From: an uncultured Clostridia bacterium
GTDB lineage: Bacteria; Bacillota; Clostridia; Oscillospirales; CAG-272
NCBI GenBank assembly: GCA_947632285.1
Contig: CANROT010000001.1
Location: 1 to 51,225 of the forward strand
Direction of reading: 5' to 3'
DNA length: 51,225 nt
Shown: in pieces, positions 40,472 through 49,971 of the stretch
How the letters are laid out: every line of letters starts with the position of its first letter
How positions within the stretch are numbered: the first letter of the stretch is position 1
Translations under genes and position numbers: made by a program
The notes under the pieces: model-generated
The model's database searches: none
What the model saw: the letters and a program-made list of their open reading frames with translations, nothing else
What the model was told of the DNA's origin: nothing

Positions 40472-42234
40472 GGCTCTGTATCTTCCCCGCCCTCGGGCGG
40501 CGCCGTCTCCGTGTCTTCGGGCGCCGGCTCCGTCTCTTTCGGCTCGGGCCCCTTACTGACGACGAAATCTATTACCGTCCCCTCCGCGACGGACGTGTAC
40601 GCGACGCGGCTCTGCTTGATGACGGTGCCCTCCGCCTCGTCCGAGTATTCGTACTCGACCTTGCCGACGACGAGGTTGTTGTTCTCCATATCGACGCGCG
40701 CCGCGCGCTCCGTTTTGCCGACGAAGTCGGGAACGATCTTCGTCTCTATCTTCTGCCCGCGGCTGACATAGAGCTTGACGGTGTCGCCCGGCTTCACGGT
40801 CGAGCCCGCGATTGGCTCCGTGCGGTAGATATATCCGGCGGTCACGGCGGAGTTATAGTCCTCGATGACCTCGGCGATGAGGCCGTATTCGCGCGCGAGC
40901 GAATTTTCGACCTGCCTGTAGTCCTGCATCAGGACGTCCGGCAGCGTGAACGTTTCCGAGCCGCGGCTGATCGTCAAATATAGGTCGCAGTACAGCCTTC
41001 CCGGCTCGACGCGGCAGCGCTCGTTCGCGAGGGGCTCCTGCTCGACTATCGTGCCGAACGGGAGCTCGGAGTCATATATATACTCGGTGTGGATAACGTA
41101 ATTCTTTGATTTCAGGTCCGCCTCGAGCGCCGTTGTAAATTCCGAGCCGACGAAATTTTCGACGGTCATAATGTATGACTGCTCGTTTTCGGAATTGAAC
41201 AGCACCTCCGTCCAGAGATAATAGGCACTGATGATGCAGGCGATGAGGAATGCGAACGCGACGCCGAGGATTATTGGGAGCATCGAGGCCTCGAGGTAGT
41301 TCCTGCCGCCCTCCGGCTCCTTTTCTTTTTCCTTTTTCGGCTCCTCCTTCGCGTTCTTCTTTTCTATCGGCGTCGCCAGCGGGCGGAAGACGACGGAGGG
41401 GTCGCGCTTAAGCGCCTCTATCCAGCGCAGCATCTGCTCCGCCGTCTGAAAGCGCTGAAGGGGCGATTTTTCCATCGCGGTCAGAATGATCTGCTCGAGC
41501 CCGCGCGGGATCTGCGGATTTACGGAGGTGGGCGGGACGGGCTTGTCCTGCACCTGCATGAGCGCGACCGAAACGGGCGATTCCGCCGTGAACGGCAGCC
41601 TTCCCGTTGCCATTTCATACAGCAGAACGCCGGTCGAGTATATATCGGAGCGCGCGTCTATCGGAAGACCGCTCGCCTGTTCGGGGCTGATGTAGTAGAC
41701 GGTGCCGATCGCGCGGTCCGTCATCGTGACGGTGTCAGCGTTCGGCAGCTTCGCGATGCCGAAGTCCGCGACCTTGATGAGCCCGTTCTTGAGCAAAAGA
41801 ATGTTCTGCGGCTTTATGTCCCGGTGGACGATGCCGCGGCTGTGCGCGTGCGTCAGCGCGCGCAAAAGCTGCTCGCAGTAGCTGAGCGTTTCCGGCAGGG
41901 GGAGCGCGCCGCGCTTTGACATATAGCTTTTGAGCGTTATGCCCTCGATGTACTCCATGACGATATATTTCGATTCCCCGCTGACGGAGACGTCATATAT
42001 CGAGACGATATTCGGGTGCGAGAGCATCGCGACCGCCTTTGACTCGTTGATAAAGCGCTTGACGGCGGCCTCGTCCTTCGCGACGTCCTCCTTCAGCATC
42101 TTTATCGCGACGGTGCGGTGTGTGACCGAGTCCGTCGCGCGGAAGACGACCGCCATTCCTCCGATGCCGACGACCTTCTCTATATAATATCTTCCGTCGA
42201 ACGTCTGTCCGACGTACCTTTCAAACGATTCCAT
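40468..42234 (-). CDS. prkC: PASTA-domain Ser/Thr protein kinase
   Basis: 588-aa ORF with a Hanks kinase domain (GIGGMAVV, HRDIKPQN, DFGIA), a TM segment and extracellular PASTA-like repeats. Confidence 0.9.
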   Translation of the reverse strand: MESFERYVGQTFDGRYYIEKVVGIGGMAVVFRATDSVTHRTVAIKMLKEDVAKDEAAVKRFINESKAVAMLSHPNIVSIYDVSVSGESKYIVMEYIEGITLKSYMSKRGALPLPETLSYCEQLLRALTHAHSRGIVHRDIKPQNILLLKNGLIKVADFGIAKLPNADTVTMTDRAIGTVYYISPEQASGLPIDARSDIYSTGVLLYEMATGRLPFTAESPVSVALMQVQDKPVPPTSVNPQIPRGLEQIILTAMEKSPLQRFQTAEQMLRWIEALKRDPSVVFRPLATPIEKKNAKEEPKKEKEKEPEGGRNYLEASMLPIILGVAFAFLIACIISAYYLWTEVLFNSENEQSYIMTVENFVGSEFTTALEADLKSKNYVIHTEYIYDSELPFGTIVEQEPLANERCRVEPGRLYCDLYLTISRGSETFTLPDVLMQDYRQVENSLAREYGLIAEVIEDYNSAVTAGYIYRTEPIAGSTVKPGDTVKLYVSRGQKIETKIVPDFVGKTERAARVDMENNNLVVGKVEYEYSDEAEGTVIKQSRVAYTSVAEGTVIDFVVSKGPEPKETEPAPEDTETAPPEGGEDTEP

Positions 42235-42251
42235 CTGTCATGCCCCCGCTT

Positions 42252-43013
42252 TTACTCGGCTTGCTCTGTCTTCGCGAGCACGACGGTGATGTTGTCGCGG
42301 CCGCCGTGTTCGTTCGCGGCGTCGACGAGGGCGGACACCTTTTCCTCTACGCTGCCGGGGCCGCACACGATGCGGGCGATATCCGCGCGGTCCACCATCG
42401 TTGAGAGCCCGTCCGAGCAGAGCAGGATATATGAGTCCGCCTCGAGCGTCACGGTGTAGGTGTCGGGCTCGACCGTCTCGTCCGTGCCTATCGCGCGCGT
42501 GATTATGTTGCGCTTTGAGGAGGATTCCGCCTGTGAGCTCGTCATCACGCCGATGTCGACAAGGTACTGCACATACGAGTGGTCGCGCGTTATCTGCTTG
42601 GCGCCCGCGCCGTTCACGATATAGAGGCGGCTGTCGCCGACGTTTGCCGCGTAGAGCGTGTTGCCGTAGACGACGGCGCCGACAAACGTCGTCCCCATGC
42701 CGGAGAGCTCCGGCTTTTCCTGCGCGCGGTCGTAGACGGCGAGGTTCGCCTCGCGCGCCGCGAATGCGAGTATTTTCGGGATATATTTATCGGTGTCGAG
42801 CTCCTTGTCGTGCAGGACGAGGTCGAGGTCGCGCTCGATATTTGCCGTCGCGATCTCCGCGGCGAGCCTGCTCGCCTCCTCCCCGCCGTTCGCGCCGCCC
42901 ATCCCGTCACAGACAAGGAAAAAGCAGAGGTCGTCGGCGATCTTGAGCGTTGAGAACGTGTCCTGGTTTGAGTGGCGGGACCTGCCTATATCTGTTTTCG
43001 CGTGGTACAGCAT
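42252..43013 (-). CDS. prpC: PP2C-family Ser/Thr phosphatase (Stp/PrpC)
   Basis: 253-aa ORF with TDIGRSRHSNQD, LVCDGMGG, LCSDGL and GGRDNITV motifs. Confidence 0.9.
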   Translation of the reverse strand: MLYHAKTDIGRSRHSNQDTFSTLKIADDLCFFLVCDGMGGANGGEEASRLAAEIATANIERDLDLVLHDKELDTDKYIPKILAFAAREANLAVYDRAQEKPELSGMGTTFVGAVVYGNTLYAANVGDSRLYIVNGAGAKQITRDHSYVQYLVDIGVMTSSQAESSSKRNIITRAIGTDETVEPDTYTVTLEADSYILLCSDGLSTMVDRADIARIVCGPGSVEEKVSALVDAANEHGGRDNITVVLAKTEQAE

Positions 43014-43036
43014 CGGTATACCTCCTTGTTGCTGTC

Positions 43037-44104
43037 TTAGCTTTTGCCCTCGGCGCTGCTGATACGCAGCTGGCCGCAGGCGGCATTTATGTCGGGGCCG
43101 AGGCGGCGGCGCACCGTTGCGGTGATGCCGAGCGAGGTGAGCGTTTCGGAAAAGCGGCGGACCGCGTCTTTTGACGAGCGCGAAAGCCCCGTGCCCTCGA
43201 CGTCGTTGAGCGGTATCAGGTTGACGTGCATCGGCAGCGTCCGCCCGCCGTCGCTCATATACCGGCGGAGCGTGGAGGCGAGTAGGCGCGCGTCCTCGGG
43301 CGAGTCGTTTTTGCCCGAGATGAGTGTGTATTCAAACGAAATGTGCCTCCCCGTCGCCAGGAACCAGTCCCGGCAGGCGCCGAGCAGCTCGGAGACGGGA
43401 TACGTGTTGTTGACCGGCATGATCGCCGAGCGCGCTTTGTCGTCCGGAGCGTGCAGCGAGATCGAAAGCGTGACGGGCAGCCCGGTCGCGGCAAGGTCGC
43501 GTATGCGCGGCACGATGCCGCACGTCGAGACGGAGACATGGCGCAGCCCGATCCCGAGCCCGCCGGGAGCTGAGAGCAGGCGGAGAAATCTCACCGTCTC
43601 GTCATAGTTGTCGAGCGGCTCGCCTATCCCCATCATCACGACGTTTGAGATGCGGGTCCCGGTGTCGCGCTCGGCGGCGATCACCTCGCCGAGCATCTCC
43701 GAGGCGGCAAGGTCGCGGACCCTGCCGGATTTTGTGGAGGCGCAGAAGCGGCACCCCATTCGGCAGCCGACCTGCGACGAGACGCAGAGCGTGTTGCCGT
43801 GCTCGTATTTCATGTAGACCGCCTCGACACAGTTCCCGTCTGTGAGGCGGAGCAGATATTTTATCGTTCCGTCCGTCTCGGAAACGAGGCGCCGCTCGAC
43901 GGCGGGCGTTTTTATCACGCAGCTTTCGGCAAGCGCCGCGCGGAGCGCGAGCGGGAGATTCGTCATCATGTCAAATCCCGCGCCGCGGTGCAGCCAGGAA
44001 AAGATCTGCCCCGCGCGAAATTTCGGCTGCGAGTACGGCGGCGACGTTATGAGCGCCTCAAGCTCGTCGGGCAAAAGGCGGAGAATGTCTGTTTTTTCGT
44101 TCAT
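43037..44104 (-). CDS. rlmN: 23S rRNA/tRNA (adenine-C2)-methyltransferase, radical SAM
   Basis: 355-aa ORF with the CRMGCRFC radical-SAM cluster, MGIGEP and a C-terminal Cys context. Confidence 0.9.
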   Translation of the reverse strand: MNEKTDILRLLPDELEALITSPPYSQPKFRAGQIFSWLHRGAGFDMMTNLPLALRAALAESCVIKTPAVERRLVSETDGTIKYLLRLTDGNCVEAVYMKYEHGNTLCVSSQVGCRMGCRFCASTKSGRVRDLAASEMLGEVIAAERDTGTRISNVVMMGIGEPLDNYDETVRFLRLLSAPGGLGIGLRHVSVSTCGIVPRIRDLAATGLPVTLSISLHAPDDKARSAIMPVNNTYPVSELLGACRDWFLATGRHISFEYTLISGKNDSPEDARLLASTLRRYMSDGGRTLPMHVNLIPLNDVEGTGLSRSSKDAVRRFSETLTSLGITATVRRRLGPDINAACGQLRISSAEGKS

Positions 44105-44105
44105 T

Positions 44106-45410
44106 TTATGCGTTTCTCTTCAGCTTTGCTATGAAAAATCCGTCCGTTCCGTGCACCGGGGGCAAAAGCGTCAGCATGCCGTCCGGCGCGTCGATCCCGT
44201 ATACGCTGAACGGCTCGGCGGAAAAGTCCGGGTGCGAATCGAGAAATCCGGCGGCAACATCTTCGTTCTCCGCCTTCAAAAGCGTGCACGTCGAGTAGAC
44301 GAGCGTGCCGCCCGGCTTAACGTATGCGGAGGCGGCGGCGAGTATCTCGGACTGGACGCGCGGCAGCCCCGCCGCGAGCTCCATGTCGCGGTAGCGAATG
44401 TCGGGTTTTTTGGATATCACGCCGAGCCCGGAGCACGGCGCGTCACATATGACGACGTCTGCGGTGAGGAGCAGCGCGGGGTCGGGGGTGCGCGCGTCGC
44501 GCGCCTCGACGGAAATGATGTCGATCCCGAGCCGTTCGGCGCCGGAGCGGATCAGCGAGAGCTTGTTTTCGTGAATGTCAAAGGCGTGTATCTTCCCGCG
44601 GCCGCCCATGTCTATCGCGGCGGAAAACGATTTTCCGCCCGGCGCGGAGCAGGTGTCGACGACGGTGTCGCCCGGGCGGACGCCGGAGGCGGCGACCGCG
44701 ATGCGGGAGGCGGCGTCCTCGACGAACCAAAGCCCGTCCCCGTAGCCGTAAAGCCCGGTGACGGCGGAGGCGCGCCGTATGTCTATCATGTCGGGGCATA
44801 TCGCGTTCGCCTCCGCCTCGATGCCGGAATCACAAAATCGGCGCAGCAGCTCCCCCGCGTCCGTTTTGAGCGTGTTTACGCGCAGCGTCACGGGCGGGGT
44901 GCGGTTGGCGGCCTCGCAAAGCATGCGCGCGAGCGCGCCGTAATCGCGGAGCCAGCCGCTGACTATCGGCAGCGGGACCGAATATGCGAGCGAGAGATAT
45001 TCTGCCGTGCCGTCGTCCGGCGGAAGATGGGGGCGCGCGCCCTCGCGCAGAGAGCGGCGCAAAACGGCGTTCACGAGCCCGCGCGAGCGCGCGGGTGCGG
45101 CGGCCACCGTCTCGTTCACCGCCGCGTGCGGCGGTATTTTGTCGGTGTAAAGTATCTGGTATAGGCCGAGCCGCAGCGCGGCAAGCGTTTCGGCGTCCAG
45201 CCTGTCGGTCGGGCGGCCCGAGAGCACCTCGATCTCTCTGTCGAGCGTCAGCGCACGCTCACACGTGCCGTAGACAAGCGCGGTCAGAAGCGCGCGGTCC
45301 GCGGGCGAAAGCTCATGGCGCGAGAGACTTGAATCGAGCTCGAGGTTCAGATATTTTCCGTCGCGCGCGGCGCGCACAAGTGCGTCAAGCGCGAGCCTGC
45401 GGACGTTCAT
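44106..45410 (-). CDS. rsmB: 16S rRNA (cytosine967-C5)-methyltransferase
   Basis: ORF 44106..45710 trimmed to the ATG at 45410 (ATGA overlap with the fmt stop), giving MNVRRLALDAL. It has a NusB-like N-domain and a SAM MTase (DTCSAPGGK, DAPCSG, YSTCT). Confidence 0.88.
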   Translation of the reverse strand: MNVRRLALDALVRAARDGKYLNLELDSSLSRHELSPADRALLTALVYGTCERALTLDREIEVLSGRPTDRLDAETLAALRLGLYQILYTDKIPPHAAVNETVAAAPARSRGLVNAVLRRSLREGARPHLPPDDGTAEYLSLAYSVPLPIVSGWLRDYGALARMLCEAANRTPPVTLRVNTLKTDAGELLRRFCDSGIEAEANAICPDMIDIRRASAVTGLYGYGDGLWFVEDAASRIAVAASGVRPGDTVVDTCSAPGGKSFSAAIDMGGRGKIHAFDIHENKLSLIRSGAERLGIDIISVEARDARTPDPALLLTADVVICDAPCSGLGVISKKPDIRYRDMELAAGLPRVQSEILAAASAYVKPGGTLVYSTCTLLKAENEDVAAGFLDSHPDFSAEPFSVYGIDAPDGMLTLLPPVHGTDGFFIAKLKRNA

Positions 45411-46342
45411 GCGCGGAACACGTCGCCCGCGGCGACGCGGCGCCCGTTGATGAGGTCGGCGGACGTCATTCGCCGCTTCCCCTCGGGCTGGCACTCCGTT
45501 ATATACACGGTCCCGCTCCCCGCCGCGACGGCGATTTTGCCGCCCGCGATCGATGTGACCGTGCCGGGCGCGGCGCCAGGCGCGGTGTCGGCGGAGTATT
45601 CGGCGGCGGCGAGCTTCAGCCGCTTGCCGTCCGGCATGAGCGTATACGCGAGCGGGGCCGGGGAGAGCGCGCGAATCAGGCACCAGATCTCGTGTGCCGG
45701 GCGCGCCCAATCGACGAGCGTGTCGCCGTCCTCGATCTTTGCGGCGTATGTCGCGCCTTCCGGCTGGGGCGTGCGCGTCAGCGTTTTTGCCTTTATCCCG
45801 GCGATAACGTCGGTGAGCGCCTCCGCTCCGGCGGCGGCGAGCTTGTCGTGAACGGCCTCGAGGTTATCGGCGTCCTCTATCGGGACTTTCTTTGTGAGTA
45901 TTATGTCGCCGGTGTCGAGCCCCTCGTCCATGAACATCGCGGTCACTCCCGTCTCGCGCTCGCCCGCCATTATGGCGCGCTGCATCGGGGCCGCCCCGCG
46001 GTACTTGGGCAAAAGCGAGGCGTGCGCATTGACGCAGCCGAACCTCGGATAGTCAAGAACGTTTTTCGGGAGTATTTTACCGTATGCGACGACGATTATA
46101 AGCTCGGGATCGAGCGAGGCGAGCACCGATGCGAACTCGTCCCCGCGTATGCGCTCCGGCTGGAGCACGCGGACGCCGAGCTCAAGAGCGCGCGCCTTGA
46201 CGGGCGGCGGCGTCAGCGTGTAGCCGCGGCCGCGCGGTCTGTCCGGCTGAGTCACAACGGCGACGAGCTCCTCGCCCGAGGCGGCGACCGCGTTGAGCGC
46301 GGGGACCGCGAAGTCCGGTGTGCCCATGAAAAGTATTCTCAT
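45407..46342 (-). CDS. fmt: Methionyl-tRNA formyltransferase
   Basis: 311-aa ORF with MRILFMGTPDFAVP, HASLLPKYRGAAP and the C-terminal OB-like domain. Confidence 0.92.
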   Translation of the reverse strand: MRILFMGTPDFAVPALNAVAASGEELVAVVTQPDRPRGRGYTLTPPPVKARALELGVRVLQPERIRGDEFASVLASLDPELIIVVAYGKILPKNVLDYPRFGCVNAHASLLPKYRGAAPMQRAIMAGERETGVTAMFMDEGLDTGDIILTKKVPIEDADNLEAVHDKLAAAGAEALTDVIAGIKAKTLTRTPQPEGATYAAKIEDGDTLVDWARPAHEIWCLIRALSPAPLAYTLMPDGKRLKLAAAEYSADTAPGAAPGTVTSIAGGKIAVAAGSGTVYITECQPEGKRRMTSADLINGRRVAAGDVFRA

Positions 46343-46365
46343 CAGCGTATTTATCCTTTATAAGC

Positions 46366-46839
46366 TCATTCGTCCTCGTCCGGGTCTACCATTCGGACGA
46401 GCGTGCCGGGGTCTGTGTAGAGCTTGCCGTCGAGGTGGTCTATCTCGTGGCAGAACGCGCGCGCGAGGAGCCCCTCGCCCGTGTATTCGCAGGTCTCGCC
46501 CGCCCTGTTGAGGGCGCGGACCGTCACCTTTGCGGGGCGGCGCGTGATACCCCATTCGCCCGGGATCGAAAGGCAGCCCTCCTGCTCGAGCTGTTCGCCC
46601 TCGGAGGCGATTATTTCGGGGTTGATGAGCTCGAGCAGCCCCGTTTCCTCCGTCTCCACGAGAACGATGCGGCGGCGGACGCCGACCTGCGGCGCGGCGA
46701 GCCCGCAGCCGTCCGCGTCGTGGAGCGTTTCCGCCATATCGTCGAGCAGCGTTATGATGCGGTCCGTGATCTTGTCGACGGGTCTGCTGTGCGACCGGAG
46801 CGTGGGGTCGCCCTTTTTTCTGATCCTCAGTTTTGCCAT
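46366..46839 (-). CDS. def: Peptide deformylase
   Basis: 157-aa ORF with the GCGLAAPQVG, EGCLS and HEIDHL metal-binding motifs. Confidence 0.92.
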   Translation of the reverse strand: MAKLRIRKKGDPTLRSHSRPVDKITDRIITLLDDMAETLHDADGCGLAAPQVGVRRRIVLVETEETGLLELINPEIIASEGEQLEQEGCLSIPGEWGITRRPAKVTVRALNRAGETCEYTGEGLLARAFCHEIDHLDGKLYTDPGTLVRMVDPDEDE

Positions 46840-46852
46840 GTGAGTCCTTTCG

Positions 46853-49353
46853 TTATATGCTGTTTGGATTGAGATCTATTGAAACCGTGACGCGGCGCGA
46901 GACGCCCCGCGTAAACGCGCCCATCACGTCCGCGAACAGCTCCCGCGTGCGCCGCCCGAGCTTGCATTTGCAGACGACGCGCATACGATATTTGTCGTTG
47001 ACGCGGTAAACGGGCGCCTCAAACGGGCCGAACATCAAGAGCGGCACGTCCGGGAACCGCTCGCGCGACACGGTCCTTATATAGTCCGCGAGCCGCAGAA
47101 CGGTGGACGACAGCTCCGCCTCGTCCGCGCTCGAAAGCGTTATCTGCGCGATATCGCAGAACGGCGGGAACGTGAACGCGCGCCTGTTCGCGATCTCGTT
47201 TTCGAAAAACGATTCGTAATCCTGCCGACAGGCGAAGCCGAGATTTATGTTTTCGGGCGTGTACGTCTGTATGACGGCGCGGCCCGGCAGCTTTGAGCGG
47301 CCCGCCCGCCCTATCACCTGCGTGATGAGCGAAAATGTGCGCTCCGCGGCGCGGTAGTCGTCAAGATAGAGAGACGACTCGGCGAGCAGCACGCCGACGA
47401 GGGTGACGGCCGGAAAGTCGTGTCCCTTCGTTACCATCTGCGTGCCGAGGAGTATGTCCGCGTCGCCTCTGCCGAACGCGCCGAGGATCTCGTCATAGGA
47501 CGATCTCGCGCGCGTCGTGTCCGCGTCCATGCGGAGAATGCGGGCGGCGGGGAACCGCTCGGCGAGCTCCTGCTCGACGCGCTGCGTCCCCCAGCCCATG
47601 TAGAAGAGGTTTTCGCCGCCGCATTCGGGGCACCTCTCCGGCGCGGGCGCGCGGTAGCCGCAGTAGTGGCACTCGAGCCTGCCCGCCGAGATGTGTCGTC
47701 GCGGTTGTCGGTCGCGTTCAGACGGCGCGTCGCGTGATACGTCAGGGCGACGCTGCACCTTGGGCAGAGCACCGCCTTTCCGCACGACTTGCAGGAGAGA
47801 AAATTATTGTAGCCGCGGCGGTTCAGAAAGAGTATCGTCTGTTCGCCGCGGTCGAGGTTTTCCTTGATCTCCGAGAGCAAAACGGAGCCGAGCGGGGAGC
47901 CGTTCCCGTCCGCGCGGTCAAGGCGCATATCAGCGACGGTGACGCGCGGCAGCGTTGCGCCGCCGTAGCGCTCCTTCATCGTGATGAGCGTGTAGGCGCC
48001 CGTTTTTGCCTTATAATATGAGCCGAGAGACGGCGTCGCGCTCGACAAAAGCAGGAGCGCCCGGGACTTTGCGCAGCGAAAGCGCGCAACGTCGTGCGCC
48101 GTGTATTTCGGCGTCCCGTCCGATTTGTACGTGTGCTCCTGTTCCTCGTCGATGACGAGCATTCCGAGGTTCGGCACCGGCGCGAACACCGCGGAGCGCG
48201 TGCCGATGACGATATCGGCGTCGCCTGAGCGAATGCGCTGCCAGGCGTCAACGCGCTCTCCCTCGGAGAGGGAGGAGTGAATGACGGCGACGCGGTCGCC
48301 GTAGCTGCCGCAGAAAATGTTCACGGTCTGCGGCGTCAGCGAGATCTCCGGGACGAGTATGATGACCGACCTGTGCTCCGCCGTTACCGCGTCTATCATC
48401 GCGCGGATGACGGACGTTTTCCCGCTGCCGGTGACGCCGTGCAAAAGCGCCGCCCTTGCCTCGCCCGTGTGATAGAGCGACAAAAGCTCATCATACGCCG
48501 CCCTCTGCGTTTCGGACAGGGACAGCGGCGCCTGCGGCTTTCGGAGCCCCGAGAACGGATTGCGGAGAACGCGGCGCTCAGCTATGCTCACGACCCCGAG
48601 CTCCGAGAGCTTTCGGAGCTGCGCCGAGATGTCTCCGAGAGACGATCTCAGCTCCTCGATCCCGACCGTCCCGTGACCTGAGAGGTAGGTGACGATCTCC
48701 TTTGCGCGCTTTGAGCGGTTCTTTTTATCCTCGACATAGGCGCGCGCCTCCCCCTCGGTGACGGCGAGCGATACGTCGCGCGTTTTTCTCGCGTTTGTCG
48801 GCTCGCGCACGTCGAGAGAGCGGGTGACGAGCCCGCATTTTACGAGCGCTGAGGCGAGGGTGAGCGCGTCGTCGCCTCCGAACTCGGACCGGAGCCGGTC
48901 GGAGTTGACGGGGCCCTTCGTCTTAATGAACCCGTACACGAGCAGCGCCTTTGCCGACAGCGTCTCAAGTATGCCGTCGTCCCCGCCCGAGGCGGCCTCA
49001 AATATTTCAAGCACGCGGGAGAGCGCGCCGCGCGGCACGACGGTGTGGACCGCCTCGCCGAACGTGCATAGCGTGTGCTCGGTGAGGAATCGGCAGATAT
49101 CGAGCAGGTCGGGCGTGAGCGTCAGCCCCCGATTCGTCACGGACGATATCGGTTTGCACACCTCAAGCCCGGTCTCATTCGAAACCGACGTGACAACGGC
49201 GGTCTTTTTCCTGTTCCCGCCGCCGAACGGAACGGCTACGAACACGCCGGGCATTATGTCCGCCGCCAGCTCGCGCGGAATATAATAGGTGTATTCGCGG
49301 TCCGCGTGATAGGGCGCGTCAAGTATGCGGCACCCGGCGTATTCGCTGTTCAT
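46853..49353 (-). pseudogene. priA: Primosomal protein N' (PriA) with a broken reading frame (frameshift inside the Zn-finger region)
   Basis: Two overlapping ORFs lie in different frames. 47431..49353 encodes the 3'-DNA-binding domain, helicase motif I GVTGSGKT, motif II VIDEEQEH and CKSCG..CPRCSVALTYH, then runs into Arg/Ala/Ser-rich nonsense. 46853..47785 encodes LECHYCG..CPECG, GTQMVTKGHDFP and QVIGRAGR. The frame change must lie within 47672-47733. Confidence 0.8.
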
Positions 49354-49365
49354 GCTCCGTATGGC

Positions 49366-49644
49366 TCAATATTTGCCGTCGTCCGGAGGGACGACGCGGA
49401 ATTCGCCCGCGGCAAGGCGCGTGACGGCGGACTTGACCGCCTTCTCGTCGCGGAACTCGCGCTTTATCATCGAGGCGAGCATTTTATCCGTTTCCTTGTT
49501 CGCGATGCGCGTCTCCGCGACCTCGCGCTGCTTGACATACTCGTTCGTAACGAGGCGCGCGCACTTGGCGGTCGCGATGACGAGCGTGTAGCGGTTGAAC
49601 TGACCCTTCGTCAGTTCATCGATAGAGGGAGAGATCATTGACAT
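49366..49644 (-). CDS. rpoZ: DNA-directed RNA polymerase subunit omega
   Basis: 92-aa ORF. PSIDELTKGQFNRYTLVIATAKCARLV matches the RpoZ core. Its position between remA and priA is conserved. Confidence 0.8.
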   Translation of the reverse strand: MSMISPSIDELTKGQFNRYTLVIATAKCARLVTNEYVKQREVAETRIANKETDKMLASMIKREFRDEKAVKSAVTRLAAGEFRVVPPDDGKY

Positions 49645-49717
49645 TTTATTTTGTCCTTTCTTATGATCGTTTTTATTTTTATCCGAATAAATGGGAGTTG
49701 TCTTTATTTCGCGCGGT

Positions 49718-49966
49718 TCATTCGCCCGCGTCCCTCTCCTCGGCGCGCCTTCCGACGGCGTCCGGCGAGAGGGCGGAGAGGATTATGTGGTCGCTGTCCG
49801 TGACAATGACGGACTGGGTGCGCTTGCCGCACGTGGCGTCGATGACGCGCCCCGCCTCCTTCGCCTCGCCTATAAGGCGCTTGGCGGGGGCAGTGTCGCT
49901 GCCGATCACGGCGACGACGTGCTCTGCCGCGACGAGATTTGAGTAGCCGATGTTAAGAAACGTCAT
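49718..49966 (-). CDS. remA: RemA/DUF370 family regulator
   Basis: ORF 49718..50017 trimmed to the ATG at 49966 (GGAG upstream, 5 nt after the yicC stop). MTFLNIGYSNLVAAEHVVAVIGSDTAPAKRLIGEAKEAGRVIDATCGKRTQSVIVTDSDHIILSAL aligns closely with B. subtilis RemA. Confidence 0.85.
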   Translation of the reverse strand: MTFLNIGYSNLVAAEHVVAVIGSDTAPAKRLIGEAKEAGRVIDATCGKRTQSVIVTDSDHIILSALSPDAVGRRAEERDAGE

Positions 49967-49971
49967 TTGCG

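Noticed and set aside
45411-45710. 100-codon N-terminal extension of the rsmB ORF (44106..45710) overlapping fmt.
   Set aside because: The extension is Arg/Gly-rich nonsense that overlaps the 3' part of fmt. The ATG at 45410 gives the normal NusB-like N-terminus and the typical ATGA coupling to fmt.
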